DNA of 26,090 nucleotides from a virus (lineage: Duplodnaviria; Caudoviricetes). The notes beneath the pieces are model-generated. The model was not told the origin of the DNA. It saw only the letters and a program-made list of their open reading frames with translations, and made no database searches. Below are positions 8,680-17,549 of the stretch, piece after piece (position 1 is the first letter of the stretch; each line of letters starts with the position of its first letter). The stretch spans positions 1-26,090 of the IMG/VR virus record IMGVR_UViG_3300006755_000007, one strand, 5' to 3'. The translations under genes were made by a program, and so were the position numbers.

Positions 8680-8775
8680 GCATCTAGACGGGTTAGACGG
8701 GTAGTCCGGTTAATTCCCAGATCGTATATCCCACGCGGGGAGGATCCGGGGTACCTGTCTAACCCGTCTAGATGC
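8680..8775. repeat. Palindromic iteron-containing element, copy 1
   Basis: 30-bp arms (outer 19 bp perfect: GCATCTAGACGGGTTAGAC/GTCTAACCCGTCTAGATGC) around a 36-nt spacer; homologous to 25653-25744. Confidence 0.92.
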
Positions 8776-8782
8776 TGTCTGA

Positions 8783-8947
8783 CTAGGCCTTTCCCTTCGG
8801 AACGGCCTTGTAGGTGCCGCCCTTCGAGCTTGCCGACACCGCGATCCGCGCCTCCTGAATCGTCGCCACGGTCACGCTCGGTTCACCCCCCTTGAACGTC
8901 ACCTCGTACGAGACGTTGGGCCGTGCGGCCCCGCAGCATCCCGCCAT
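8783..8947 (-). CDS. Small protein with N-terminal CC motif (54 aa)
   Basis: Not in the ORF track. TAATG coupling to the protease gene; MAGCCGAARPNVSYEVTFKGGEPSVTVATIQEARIAVSASSKGGTYKAVPKGKA. Confidence 0.7.
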   Translation of the reverse strand: MAGCCGAARPNVSYEVTFKGGEPSVTVATIQEARIAVSASSKGGTYKAVPKGKA

Positions 8948-10086
8948 TACTCACTCCCTGTTGCGTTGTGCCAGGCCCACAGAGCCCTGGCGCTTACCGT
9001 CTGCCGCTCCTGGAAAGCCTCCTGAAGCGTGACCTTGTGACCCTCCTCGGCCACCGGCGTGATGCCGAAGCTGCCGATGAGCGAGCGCTGCGCCCCCGAA
9101 GCGAAGGCCACACGGGCCCTCGGCACAGGAAAGCCAGGCGCATTGACGCTACAGACTGCGATCAGCTCCAGCGACCCGCCGATACGTCGCCAATCGCCGC
9201 TGACGGGGCTGGAGCGGAACACGTCCACCGCCGCAGGCACGGCCCCGGGGAGCAGCCACCCGGCCACCCAGATGCCGTGGGCGTCCTCCCCGGCGACCAC
9301 CCGGGCGACGGCCGCAGACGGGTCGTCGTAGTGCGCCTGGGCGGCCTGGAAGGCCGCGCCGATGTCCGCGTGCCTCGGGCCCGCCACGAGCGTCCCCACG
9401 GGGATCGTGCGCCCGTCCTGGAGCGTCTGCTCGGCCGTGTGGAAGTAGGCGTACCCCGAGGCGCTGAACGGCGCCGTGACGCACCCGGGGAGCGCCACGT
9501 GGCAGCTGCCCCACCCGGCGATGTGGCCGAACACGCGTCCGCTGTCCGACACGGTGAGCGGGGTCAGCCGGTCCAGGTCGGGTGCCTTGAACCACTCGGC
9601 CGGGGGCAGCTCCGGGGCAGCGGCCGAGGCGTACAGCCACTCGGACTCCATGGCCATGCCGTCCTCTTCCACCACAGCCGGGAGCGGGTCCAGGGTGAAG
9701 GAGACGTCGGCGAACGCCGGGATGGACACCAGAGTGGCCCCGGCGATCCGCCAGGAGGTGATGACGATGCGCTCCTGGTCGTCCATCGTGTACTCGACGT
9801 CGTCCAGGTCCACCGAGGGCCCGAGCACCCCCGCCTCCAGCTGCTCGACCAGCTCCCAGGGCGCCGATTCCAGCATGCGTCCGCTCGCGCTGACCATGCC
9901 GTCCCGGATCGTCAGCTGATCGATGGTGGCGACCACCACCGAACCGTCGTGTCCGTCCGCGCTCTTCTCCTGCCAGGAGATCGGCAGGGGCAGCGTGCGC
10001 GAGGAGCCGCCGCCAGGCGCGATGATGCGGCCGTCCCCGGTGGGGACGCCCAGGCGCGCGAGCACGCCGTTCCAGGTCCTAGCCAT
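8947..10086 (-). CDS. Capsid maturation protease-like protein
   Basis: 379 aa between MuF and capsid; TGDGR, H.GSVVV, PSVDLD and GATLVSIPAF motifs, plus a second domain GRVFGHIA...GEDAHGIWVAG...SGDWR...VNAPGFP. Confidence 0.75.
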   Translation of the reverse strand: MARTWNGVLARLGVPTGDGRIIAPGGGSSRTLPLPISWQEKSADGHDGSVVVATIDQLTIRDGMVSASGRMLESAPWELVEQLEAGVLGPSVDLDDVEYTMDDQERIVITSWRIAGATLVSIPAFADVSFTLDPLPAVVEEDGMAMESEWLYASAAAPELPPAEWFKAPDLDRLTPLTVSDSGRVFGHIAGWGSCHVALPGCVTAPFSASGYAYFHTAEQTLQDGRTIPVGTLVAGPRHADIGAAFQAAQAHYDDPSAAVARVVAGEDAHGIWVAGWLLPGAVPAAVDVFRSSPVSGDWRRIGGSLELIAVCSVNAPGFPVPRARVAFASGAQRSLIGSFGITPVAEEGHKVTLQEAFQERQTVSARALWAWHNATGSE

Positions 10087-10205
10087 CAGTCGCTCATTTC
10101 CAGGATCTTGTCAGCGCGCCGTACGGCGCGTGCGAACCGGCAGCCGGGGTGCCACACCGTCTTCCACCACGCCATGACACTGCGGTGGCACAGGGGGCAG
10201 ATCAC
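10086..10205 (-). CDS. Micro-ORF, putative Zn-binding peptide (39 aa)
   Basis: GTGA overlap upstream and TGATG downstream; MICPLCHRSVMAWWKTVWHPGCRFARAVRRADKILEMSD. Confidence 0.55.
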   Translation of the reverse strand: MICPLCHRSVMAWWKTVWHPGCRFARAVRRADKILEMSD

Positions 10206-10351
10206 TGCGCACCCGCGTCCCGGGCGTACAGGTACACCAGCAGCTCGGGGGTGAGGATGGCCGGGTCACTGTCGATCGCGTCCAGCACGCCGTTGGGGTC
10301 GGACGTGATCGGGTCGATACCGTGCGCGATCCGCCACTCTTCCAGAGTCAT
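10202..10351 (-). CDS. Micro-ORF (49 aa)
   Basis: ATG 10351 after AGGAG; MTLEEWRIAHGIDPITSDPNGVLDAIDSDPAILTPELLVYLYARDAGAQ. Confidence 0.6.
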   Translation of the reverse strand: MTLEEWRIAHGIDPITSDPNGVLDAIDSDPAILTPELLVYLYARDAGAQ

Positions 10352-10360
10352 GATCGTCTC

Positions 10361-11167
10361 CTATCCGGTGGGAGCCTGGCGGCTCGTCCAGTCGATCGTC
10401 TCACCCAGCACCACCGGGAGCATCGAGCACCGGCAGTTGATGACCTCCCCGGCCGGCCCGGTGGGGTCGCCCGGGAACAGCAGCCGGGCGCCGCCGACGA
10501 TGAACGGCTCCGACAGGAGCGTGCGCTGCTTGTCGGCCTTGGTGTGGGTCGGCCGGGTGCGCGTGTCCTCGGTGGAGATCCACTGCTTGAACGGGGCCAC
10601 GTCACCTCGGGCCTCGGCGTCCAGCTGCGCGCCCCGGAAGACGCCCGCGTTGACGGCGCCGATCGTCTCGGTGCGCGCCACGGTCATGGCCCGGTTCGGC
10701 CAGTACGTGGTGCCGGAGGCTTGCAGGATCGTCTGGATCTCGTCTCGCACCCGCTCGAGCGCGAGCCCCTCGGTGATGCCGCGCTCGACCTCCCGGACGA
10801 TGAGCCCGTACACCTCGTCGGGGGTGTTGCGCATGCGGTTGCCGGCCTGGTTGAGGTAGGTGGACGTCCACGGGTCGGTGGGCGGGTCCCCGGCGGCCGT
10901 CACCCGCCGCCACGCGTCCGTGAGGACGCCCCGGACCTCGGGGATGACCTCGGTGTCGACGGCGTTGGTCCAGAACTGCACGTGGTCGCTGACGCGCCCG
11001 GGGTCGATGCTGCCGCCGTCCGGCACCACGGCGGGGCGCACCCGGTCCAGGAAGCCGGTCAGGGACCGGAACCAGGTGCGGGCGATGCGCTGTTCCCCGT
11101 CCCGGATGAACGCCTGCGCGCGCAGCCGCTGGGGGAGGTGCGGGTCGTCGCCGGTCGGGGTGGTCAC
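10361..11167 (-). CDS. MuF/SPP1 gp7-like minor head protein
   Basis: RAMTVARTET, KQWISTEDTRTRPTH, LLFPGDP and EVINCRC motifs. Confidence 0.9.
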   Translation of the reverse strand: MTTPTGDDPHLPQRLRAQAFIRDGEQRIARTWFRSLTGFLDRVRPAVVPDGGSIDPGRVSDHVQFWTNAVDTEVIPEVRGVLTDAWRRVTAAGDPPTDPWTSTYLNQAGNRMRNTPDEVYGLIVREVERGITEGLALERVRDEIQTILQASGTTYWPNRAMTVARTETIGAVNAGVFRGAQLDAEARGDVAPFKQWISTEDTRTRPTHTKADKQRTLLSEPFIVGGARLLFPGDPTGPAGEVINCRCSMLPVVLGETIDWTSRQAPTG

Positions 11168-12990
11168 CGCAGGTACCAGACCATGCGGTCCCGGTCGTGC
11201 AGCATGCCCGAGGTGAGCAGCCCGGTGACGTACAGCTCCAGGGCGGTGCGCAGCCGCTCGGGCTGCATGCCGAAGGCCAAGGCCACCCCGTCCGCAAAGC
11301 GGATGTCCACCTCGTTCTCGGCACGCTCGGGCTTGATCCGGGTGTGCAGTTCGTGGCGGGGAACGGTGCGGAACTGGCCCCGGTTCTGGTTGGTGAGCAG
11401 TCGACCACCGGCCCGGTCCAAAGCCTGCATGACGATGACTTCGGCGGCCGCGACGAGCCCCTCCGGGACGGTCTGCGCGTCCGGCTCCTGGCCCTGCGTG
11501 CCCGGCAGGGCGTTGTTCGGCTGCGGCTCGGGCTGGGGGGCTTCCAGCTCTCCGCCGGACGTGACGGTGGCGTCCACGCCCGCCGCCACGGGTGCCACCT
11601 CGATGGACAGCCCCAGCGCCGACGACACGGACGGGTCGGCGAGCAGCGTGGGCGCGCCGATGACGACCTTCTCCAGGAAGCGCCGGGTGCGCTCCTCCTC
11701 ATCCGGCATGGCGTCCTCGGGCACGCCGTTCTCGGAGAGCATGTACTCGTCCGAGATGAGCAGCTTCTCGTACAGGTCGCGCAGGTTCTCGGTGTCGTCG
11801 GGGCGCGCGACGATGGCGGTGGTGTCCCACCCGAGCTCGAACGTCTCGGCCTGGTCCGGCGTCATGCCCATGGCCACCAGGGCGGGCCGGAACCAGTGCT
11901 CGGTGATCGCGTCGCCGAGGGCCTTGAGCAACGGCTCGATGTAGATCTTGTACGTGGACTCCTCGACCTGCCAGGCGCTCCAGTGGTTGGATTCACCTTG
12001 CGTGCCACGGGCGACGTCGTTGGGCATGTCCAGGGTGGCGCCCAGGCGGTTGATCGCCTCCGTGCGCAGCTCCACGACGGACGCGTCGAACAGGGTGGAG
12101 AAGTCCTGGAAGAGGGCGTTGGAGATCTGCTCGCCGGGGAGGGTGAGCACGATGGGGACCTGCGCCGAGGCCTGGCCGGGGTTCTGGAGCGACAGCTCGG
12201 CGGCCGTGAGGAACATGTCCATCAGGGCGGCGCCCACGGTCTCGTGGTCGCCCTTGGGGAAATCGGCCTCCTCGGGCACGAGCCACACGCCGTTGCCCGC
12301 CAGACGGGAGTCCAGGCGGGCGGCGATGTTCTGGGAGGCCTTCTCGATCTCCCGGCAGATGGGGAGGGCCGGCCGTACGGCGCTGTCGGCCTTCGACTGG
12401 TCGTTGGGGTGGGGGCACCAGACGCGGAGCAGCCGGTCGGTACCGGCGCGCAGGAGGTTGTCCAGGCCGGTGAAGGGGTCGCGGTACTGCCAGGTGTCGC
12501 CTTTGGACTTGACCTTGTCGCCGGACAGCACGAGCCACTGGTCGGGCCGGTTGATGCCGCCCTGCGGGCGGACGACGATCCACGCCTCCCCGGGGACCTG
12601 CCAGCACAGGGAGAGCGTCTTGAGGAGCCCGGCGCGCTGGGCGGGGCCGCCGAGGACCAGGGATGCGGCGGCAATGGCGCGCGCGTCCTCGGTGGGCCCG
12701 GTGGCCTTGCCGGTGGCCGGGTCGATGTCGGTGGCGTGGACCTCGGCCTGGGACACGGCGTTGGCGATCCAGATCAGCGGGCCCCGCAGCTCGCCGATTG
12801 CATCGAAGAAGTACCAGCCCTCCTGCTGCCAGGTCTCGGTGGAGTCGGGCTTGCGGGCCCGGGCGATCGCCTTGACGCCGGGGCCGGACAGCGGCATGGC
12901 GGCGGCCAGCACGACCTTGGGCGGGTACGGCCGCCCGTCCCGTTCCACGGGGCCGCCCGTGCCGATGCGGAGCGCGTTGCGGATCCCCAT
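11164..12990 (-). CDS. Portal protein
   Basis: About 608 aa following the terminase; WQQEGWYFFDAIGEL, VPGEAWI, RLAGNG and NHWSAWQ motifs of actinophage portals. Confidence 0.88.
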   Translation of the reverse strand: MGIRNALRIGTGGPVERDGRPYPPKVVLAAAMPLSGPGVKAIARARKPDSTETWQQEGWYFFDAIGELRGPLIWIANAVSQAEVHATDIDPATGKATGPTEDARAIAAASLVLGGPAQRAGLLKTLSLCWQVPGEAWIVVRPQGGINRPDQWLVLSGDKVKSKGDTWQYRDPFTGLDNLLRAGTDRLLRVWCPHPNDQSKADSAVRPALPICREIEKASQNIAARLDSRLAGNGVWLVPEEADFPKGDHETVGAALMDMFLTAAELSLQNPGQASAQVPIVLTLPGEQISNALFQDFSTLFDASVVELRTEAINRLGATLDMPNDVARGTQGESNHWSAWQVEESTYKIYIEPLLKALGDAITEHWFRPALVAMGMTPDQAETFELGWDTTAIVARPDDTENLRDLYEKLLISDEYMLSENGVPEDAMPDEEERTRRFLEKVVIGAPTLLADPSVSSALGLSIEVAPVAAGVDATVTSGGELEAPQPEPQPNNALPGTQGQEPDAQTVPEGLVAAAEVIVMQALDRAGGRLLTNQNRGQFRTVPRHELHTRIKPERAENEVDIRFADGVALAFGMQPERLRTALELYVTGLLTSGMLHDRDRMVWYLR

Positions 12991-13280
12991 CACTCACCTT
13001 CCTTACTGGCCAGCCACCCGGCCACGTAGCTGAACGCCAGGGCAACGGCCGGGGCGTGCCACCAGGACCACGAGCCGACCCACGCGCCTGCGGCGGCCCC
13101 GGCCCCGCCGACCCACACGGAGACGCACCAGTCGCAGGTGAGGAGGTAGGCCAGCCACCCGTGCAGGTCGATTCGGGCGAGGACCCAGCGGCGCACGGGG
13201 TGCGTGATCTGGTCGCGTGTCACGAGCCGTGTCAGCCGGGCGGTTGCGAGGGCTGCCACCAGCAGCGTGAGGATGTCCAT
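12990..13280 (-). CDS. DUF1360-like membrane protein
   Basis: ALATARLTRLVTRDQIT.P.R and LLTCDWCVSVWVG signature; hydrophobic. Confidence 0.8.
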   Translation of the reverse strand: MDILTLLVAALATARLTRLVTRDQITHPVRRWVLARIDLHGWLAYLLTCDWCVSVWVGGAGAAAGAWVGSWSWWHAPAVALAFSYVAGWLASKEGE

Positions 13281-13288
13281 GGTGATCC

Positions 13289-14737
13289 CTATGATGCCCG
13301 CCGTGCAGCCGCTGCGCGCCGTGCGGCCATGGCCGGGTGCTCCCGGACGATGCCCTTGCGCTGCGCGCCGTGCGGGGTGGTGATGGTGCCCTCGGACCGG
13401 TCGTGCTTGCGCATCAGGTACGTGACGGCGTGCACCATGGCGTCCAGGCGGTCCGGGGACATGGTCGGCTCGTCCTCGGGGATCCAGGTGGTCAGCTGGT
13501 CTTCCAGGTCGGGGAAGGTCCCGACGTGGCTGACGCGGCCCTGTTCGTAGCGCATGGCGACGGGCTGCGCGCGTAGCCGCTTGCCTTGGGAGGCGTTGAC
13601 GCGCCGCAGCGGCGCCGCCCCGGGGTCGGTACCGGGGTTGCGTTCCTTCCACACGGTGCGCAGCACCTGCTCGATCCAGTCCTTGCCGCCGTTGTCCTCC
13701 ACGATGAGCAGGGAGGCGCCCCAGGTGTCCAGGAGGCTCCAGGCGCGCCGGGCGGCCCGGTCGGGACTCAGTCGCTCGGATCCGTCGGCCAGGATGTAGT
13801 TCCGTCCGTCAGCACCGCGTCCAGCCACGACCAGACCGGTTTCATCTCCGGCGCCGGTTCCCGCAGGGTCCATACCGACCACGATGTTGATGAGCTCGGG
13901 GGCGTGGTCCACACGGGCGCCGTCGATATGACGTCGAGCCACAAGCGCTCCCGGGAGGTCCTCAAGGACTTCGGCATTCAGCTCCTGCCTTCCGAGGGAC
14001 GTCCCCTCGTACTTCGCGATGACGGCGCGCTGGAACGTGGCGGCCAGGTTGCCCAGGTTGTCGTACGTGGTACCCCGGCTGACGGCCGTACGCTCGTCTT
14101 TCAGGAGCTGCTTGATCAGGGGCAGCGGCCGGGGCGTGGTGGTCACGAAGATCTGCGGGTGCTCTCCGAGGCGCATGCCGAGCTGCGCCATGTCCCAGGC
14201 GTGCTGGAGGTACCGCCAGGCGGCCATCTCGTCGAACCAGCCGTAGTGGTGCTGGGGGCCACGCAGGCGGTCCGGCTCGTCGGCCGAGTAACACATCTGA
14301 ATGGCGCCGTTGGGGTACGTCAGGCGCCGCTTCGACGGCTCGTACACGGGCCGGAAGGTGGCCGGAGCGCACGCCATGATGCCGGACTCACCCTGCACGA
14401 GGATGTCCCGGGTGTCGGCGGCCGTGGGGCCGATGAGCGCTCCGCGCTCCTGCTGCCGGGCCTTGGAGATGGCCCACTCGGCGCCCGTACGGGTCTTGCC
14501 CCAGCCTCGGCCCGCCAGGGCCATCCACACGTCCCACTCCCAGTCGGGAGGACGCTGGGCCGGGCGTGAATGCGGCCCAGCGTTCCCGCGATGCGGATCG
14601 CCGAGGCAGGCCGGATCACCGCAGATCCACGGCACCTTGCCGGCCTGGCGGTCCTGGAGCGTCTGCTCCAGGACCTCTTCCAGGCGGGCAAGGTCAGCCG
14701 GGCTCATGCGCTCCAGCTGCGCCCGGCTGATGCTCAC
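13289..14737 (-). CDS. terL: Terminase large subunit
   Basis: Walker A AGRGWGKTR, LRGPQ, Walker B WFDE, TTTP, nuclease VGMDPA and SPDRLDA; GTGA overlap with terS. Confidence 0.95.
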   Translation of the reverse strand: MSISRAQLERMSPADLARLEEVLEQTLQDRQAGKVPWICGDPACLGDPHRGNAGPHSRPAQRPPDWEWDVWMALAGRGWGKTRTGAEWAISKARQQERGALIGPTAADTRDILVQGESGIMACAPATFRPVYEPSKRRLTYPNGAIQMCYSADEPDRLRGPQHHYGWFDEMAAWRYLQHAWDMAQLGMRLGEHPQIFVTTTPRPLPLIKQLLKDERTAVSRGTTYDNLGNLAATFQRAVIAKYEGTSLGRQELNAEVLEDLPGALVARRHIDGARVDHAPELINIVVGMDPAGTGAGDETGLVVAGRGADGRNYILADGSERLSPDRAARRAWSLLDTWGASLLIVEDNGGKDWIEQVLRTVWKERNPGTDPGAAPLRRVNASQGKRLRAQPVAMRYEQGRVSHVGTFPDLEDQLTTWIPEDEPTMSPDRLDAMVHAVTYLMRKHDRSEGTITTPHGAQRKGIVREHPAMAARRAAAARRAS

Positions 14738-15240
14738 GACCCGCTGTCCTTGGCGTACTCGCGCTGGAGCTTCTCGACCAGCTCCTCCACCCGGTCCATG
14801 GCGGCCACGGTGGTGGTCTGGTTCTTCATCCCCAGCATGAGGCTGTTCGCCTCCACCCGGGCGAGCGCTTCGACGGCGCGCGTCCAGGCTACGGTGGGGT
14901 CGGTCTTGCGCTCGATGAAGACGTCCAGGCGGCTGTCGAGCAGCCCCCGGAGCTTGTCCATGAGGGCGAGGTTCTTGTCCCGGGACTCGGCCAGCTGGTG
15001 GACCAGGCCGTCCGTCTGCGCCTCGGCCAGGTGGACGTCGAAGGCCCGTACGCGCTCTACCCAGTTCCAGTCCGAGGACCACTTCGAGATCAGCTGGCGG
15101 GACTTGCCCAGCTCCTCGCACACCTTGGGGTGGGTGCGCAGGCTCATGTACGAGCGGAAGGCTTCGTACGCGACCGTGGTCTCTTGCGGCTGCCTCATCC
15201 ACGGGTGCTCGGCGTGGCCCCCGTCACCCCACTTCGCCAT
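14734..15240 (-). CDS. terS: Terminase small subunit
   Basis: PWMRQPQET..AYEAF..Y followed by an HTH and WS..WNWVERV.AFD; coupled to terL; RBS GAGGAGG. Confidence 0.8.
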   Translation of the reverse strand: MAKWGDGGHAEHPWMRQPQETTVAYEAFRSYMSLRTHPKVCEELGKSRQLISKWSSDWNWVERVRAFDVHLAEAQTDGLVHQLAESRDKNLALMDKLRGLLDSRLDVFIERKTDPTVAWTRAVEALARVEANSLMLGMKNQTTTVAAMDRVEELVEKLQREYAKDSGS

Positions 15241-15251
15241 GTCTGTCCTCC

Positions 15252-15749
15252 TCAGCTGGCCTTCCTGCACAGGAAGTATTCGTGTTCGTTCAGTACGACG
15301 ATCTCACCTGCGTAGCCCGTCGGGCACGCCTCAGCCGGCTCGCCCTGGTCGCCTTGCGGTCCGACCGGCCCAGGCGCCCCGCTCGGACCAGGAGGGCCCT
15401 CCGGGCCGCGTTCGCCTTGCGCCCCTTGAGCCCCTTGAGCGCCCGTAGGACCTGATGGACCGACCGGCCCGGTTTCGCCAGTCGGGCCCAGAACGCCCGG
15501 CTCGCCCTGCGGTCCCGGGCCCCCGGGCCTACCGTCGGCACCATCACGCCCGTCCTTTCCGTTCGTCCCTGTCTCGCCCTTCGGGCCCGCCACCGGGGTG
15601 CCGCCGAGGTCGCGCACCTGTTGCGCGAGCGCGGTGCGGTCGCGCTCGGCGGCCGTCAGGCGGTCCGCCAGCTGCTGGCCGTAGGCCAGGGCGTACGCCA
15701 CGGCCACGGACAGCGCTATGACGACGAGCCACCAGCGGACGGCTTTCAT
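15252..15749 (-). CDS. Membrane-anchored collagen-like protein
   Basis: N-terminal hydrophobic helix, short coiled coil, 28 consecutive Gly-X-Y triplets and a C-terminal CPTGY...C motif; ATGA coupling. Confidence 0.85.
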   Translation of the reverse strand: MKAVRWWLVVIALSVAVAYALAYGQQLADRLTAAERDRTALAQQVRDLGGTPVAGPKGETGTNGKDGRDGADGRPGGPGPQGEPGVLGPTGETGPVGPSGPTGAQGAQGAQGERGPEGPPGPSGAPGPVGPQGDQGEPAEACPTGYAGEIVVLNEHEYFLCRKAS

Positions 15750-16006
15750 GGCTTCCCCAGGACGGCGTACAGGATGATGCCCACGATGACAGGGGCCACC
15801 ACGGCCGTCCACACCCAGGTTTTCATGGCCTCGGTGCGCGCCTGTTGGGCAGCCACCTGCTTGGCGACGGCGGCGAGCTCCAGCTCGGCTACCCGCTGGT
15901 CGGCGGCGCGCTGCTCCTGCGTGACGTACCGGTCCATCTGGGAGAGGATCCGGGACACGTCCGCCTGGAGATCCCGGAGCAGCTCGCCGATCGTGGGCTC
16001 ATCCAT
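15746..16006 (-). CDS. Holin-like / lysis accessory membrane protein
   Basis: Coiled coil plus a single C-terminal TM segment (WVWTAVVAPVIVGIILYAVL), directly after the endolysin. Confidence 0.6.
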   Translation of the reverse strand: MDEPTIGELLRDLQADVSRILSQMDRYVTQEQRAADQRVAELELAAVAKQVAAQQARTEAMKTWVWTAVVAPVIVGIILYAVLGKP

Positions 16007-16016
16007 CAGCGCCGGG

Positions 16017-17123
16017 TCAGCTCATCGGCCAGGTGTGCAGCTCCAGCCATGCGTCCTCGACGGTCACGGAACCGGTGCCCTGACGGGAGACGACCTTGAA
16101 CACGAGCCGGTTGGCGACGGTGCCGTTGACGGGGACGGAGACGCTGATCGGCATCTGACCGAGGTCGCGGCCCTGGATTTCGCGCTTCACCGGGCTGTCG
16201 CCGGCGAGCGTGCCGTCCGAGTACTCCTCGGCGGCGTAGACGTGGACGACTTCTTCGCGCTTCAGGCCGGTCAGCACGAGCGTGACGACGCCGGAGTAGG
16301 TGACGTTGGAGGCGACCGTCTTGCCGCCGTCGGCGTGGCCGTTCGCGTCGTCGGGGTACTCCTCGGTCCAGTAGATCGTCTGGGCTACGCCATCGACCAG
16401 GGTGAGGTTCTCCTGGCGGCGGCCGACGAAACGGTTGGGCTTCTCGGGCATGTCGGTCCCTGTCTGCGGGGGCGCCGTGGCGCCGGGGTTCCAGCCTGCC
16501 GAATGCGCAAGCCGTTCCTTGATCCTCGCACGGAACGCGGGCATGGACGGCATGCCTGGACCAGCCGGGTCGGGCTTGTAGTCGGACCACTCCTTGTGGC
16601 CGATGCACGACTTCTCGGACCACTGGTGGAAGCGGCAGACGGCCGCGTTGGCGCGCACCATGGCCTCCACCTGGGCCTCGGGCCACGGATCCTTGCCGTT
16701 GCCGTAGTTGACGCACTCGTACCCGTAGAAGTGCGGGTTGCCGTCCACGGCCCCGGCGCTGCCCTGGTGCTGGTGGGTGGCCGGGGGCACGTCGTTGTAG
16801 CGCTCGTCGCGCACGGCGGCCAGCACGTTGGGGTCGCCGCCTCCGGCGTGGTTGGCCCGGCCGTTGCCAACGAGGTGGACGACTCCGTCCTTGGTGATAC
16901 AGCCCTGGGCGAGGGGGCCGGGCAGCTCGTCGTCCCCGTCGAAGATGTACTGGACGGCGCCGGAGCTGCCGCCGCCGGTGTGGTGATTGATCACGCCGTT
17001 GACGGGGCCCCAGGCGCCCTTGTGGTTGCGGTTGTGGGTCCGCCAGCCGGGGTACTCCACCACGGTGCAGCCCTCGGCACGGAGTGCGGCTACGTACTGG
17101 TCTGCGGTCATCGGTGTCGACAT
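16017..17123 (-). CDS. Endolysin, N-acetylmuramoyl-L-alanine amidase (Amidase_2)
   Basis: GVINHHT, GRANHAG, FYGYEC and IGHKEWSDYKPDP catalytic motifs. Confidence 0.92.
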   Translation of the reverse strand: MSTPMTADQYVAALRAEGCTVVEYPGWRTHNRNHKGAWGPVNGVINHHTGGGSSGAVQYIFDGDDELPGPLAQGCITKDGVVHLVGNGRANHAGGGDPNVLAAVRDERYNDVPPATHQHQGSAGAVDGNPHFYGYECVNYGNGKDPWPEAQVEAMVRANAAVCRFHQWSEKSCIGHKEWSDYKPDPAGPGMPSMPAFRARIKERLAHSAGWNPGATAPPQTGTDMPEKPNRFVGRRQENLTLVDGVAQTIYWTEEYPDDANGHADGGKTVASNVTYSGVVTLVLTGLKREEVVHVYAAEEYSDGTLAGDSPVKREIQGRDLGQMPISVSVPVNGTVANRLVFKVVSRQGTGSVTVEDAWLELHTWPMS

Positions 17124-17125
17124 GG

Positions 17126-17272
17126 TCAGTTACCGCCCTTCTTCAGGGCGGCCAGCGCCCGCAGCTGGTGGGTGACCCACTCGGCCAGCACGTGGTCCGG
17201 GGTGTTGGACTCGGAATCCCACCCCCATTCGTTCAGCAGTCGGGCCAGCTCCGTCTGGAAAGCTTCTTCCAC
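17126..17272 (-). CDS. Small hypothetical phage protein (48 aa)
   Basis: Not in the ORF track. MEEAFQTELARLLNEWGWDSESNTPDHVLAEWVTHQLRALAALKKGGN fills the gap up to the endolysin. Confidence 0.6.
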   Translation of the reverse strand: MEEAFQTELARLLNEWGWDSESNTPDHVLAEWVTHQLRALAALKKGGN

Positions 17273-17311
17273 GCGATCACGTCCCTTGTCGTCGTCTTGG
17301 CCAGAATACGA

Positions 17312-17342
17312 CGAGACCCCCGCCGGGTGGACGGGGGTCTCG
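17312..17342 (-). terminator. Hairpin at the boundary between the middle genes and the lysis/late genes
   Basis: Perfect 11-bp stem CGAGACCCCCG/CGGGGGTCTCG with 9-nt loop, followed on the minus strand by TCGTATTCT. Confidence 0.7.
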
Positions 17343-17351
17343 GGGTCAGGG

Positions 17352-17549
17352 TCAGCTGTCGTCGGGGCGTTCGTTGAAGTCGGCGGCCGCGATCAGCCGC
17401 TCTCCGACGGACCGGGCCTCCTCGTTGGTCAGCCGTAGGTGACCCTTCTCGTCGGTAATGACCTGAGTCACCCAGACGTACAGCACGGAGATGTCGGTGC
17501 CGGTGAGGGTCTCCCCGGCGGAGTAGACGTTGAACGGGCCCTCATCCAT
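17352..17549 (-). CDS. Hypothetical protein (65 aa)
   Basis: Coupled ORF ending LTNEEARSVGERLIAAAD, a common actinophage small-protein pattern. Confidence 0.65.
   Translation of the reverse strand: MDEGPFNVYSAGETLTGTDISVLYVWVTQVITDEKGHLRLTNEEARSVGERLIAAADFNERPDDS

Noticed and set aside
11197-13029. 610-aa + strand ORF (similarly 10322-11944, 15621-17438, 22141-23874)
   Set aside because: Antisense shadows of the portal, MuF, lysis and helicase genes.
14738-15202. N-terminal extension of terL in the ORF track (637 aa)
   Set aside because: Overlaps terS in another frame; the GTGA-coupled start at 14737 fits better.
15330-15590. 9-bp periodic GC-rich repeats
   Set aside because: Fully explained by collagen Gly-X-Y coding.
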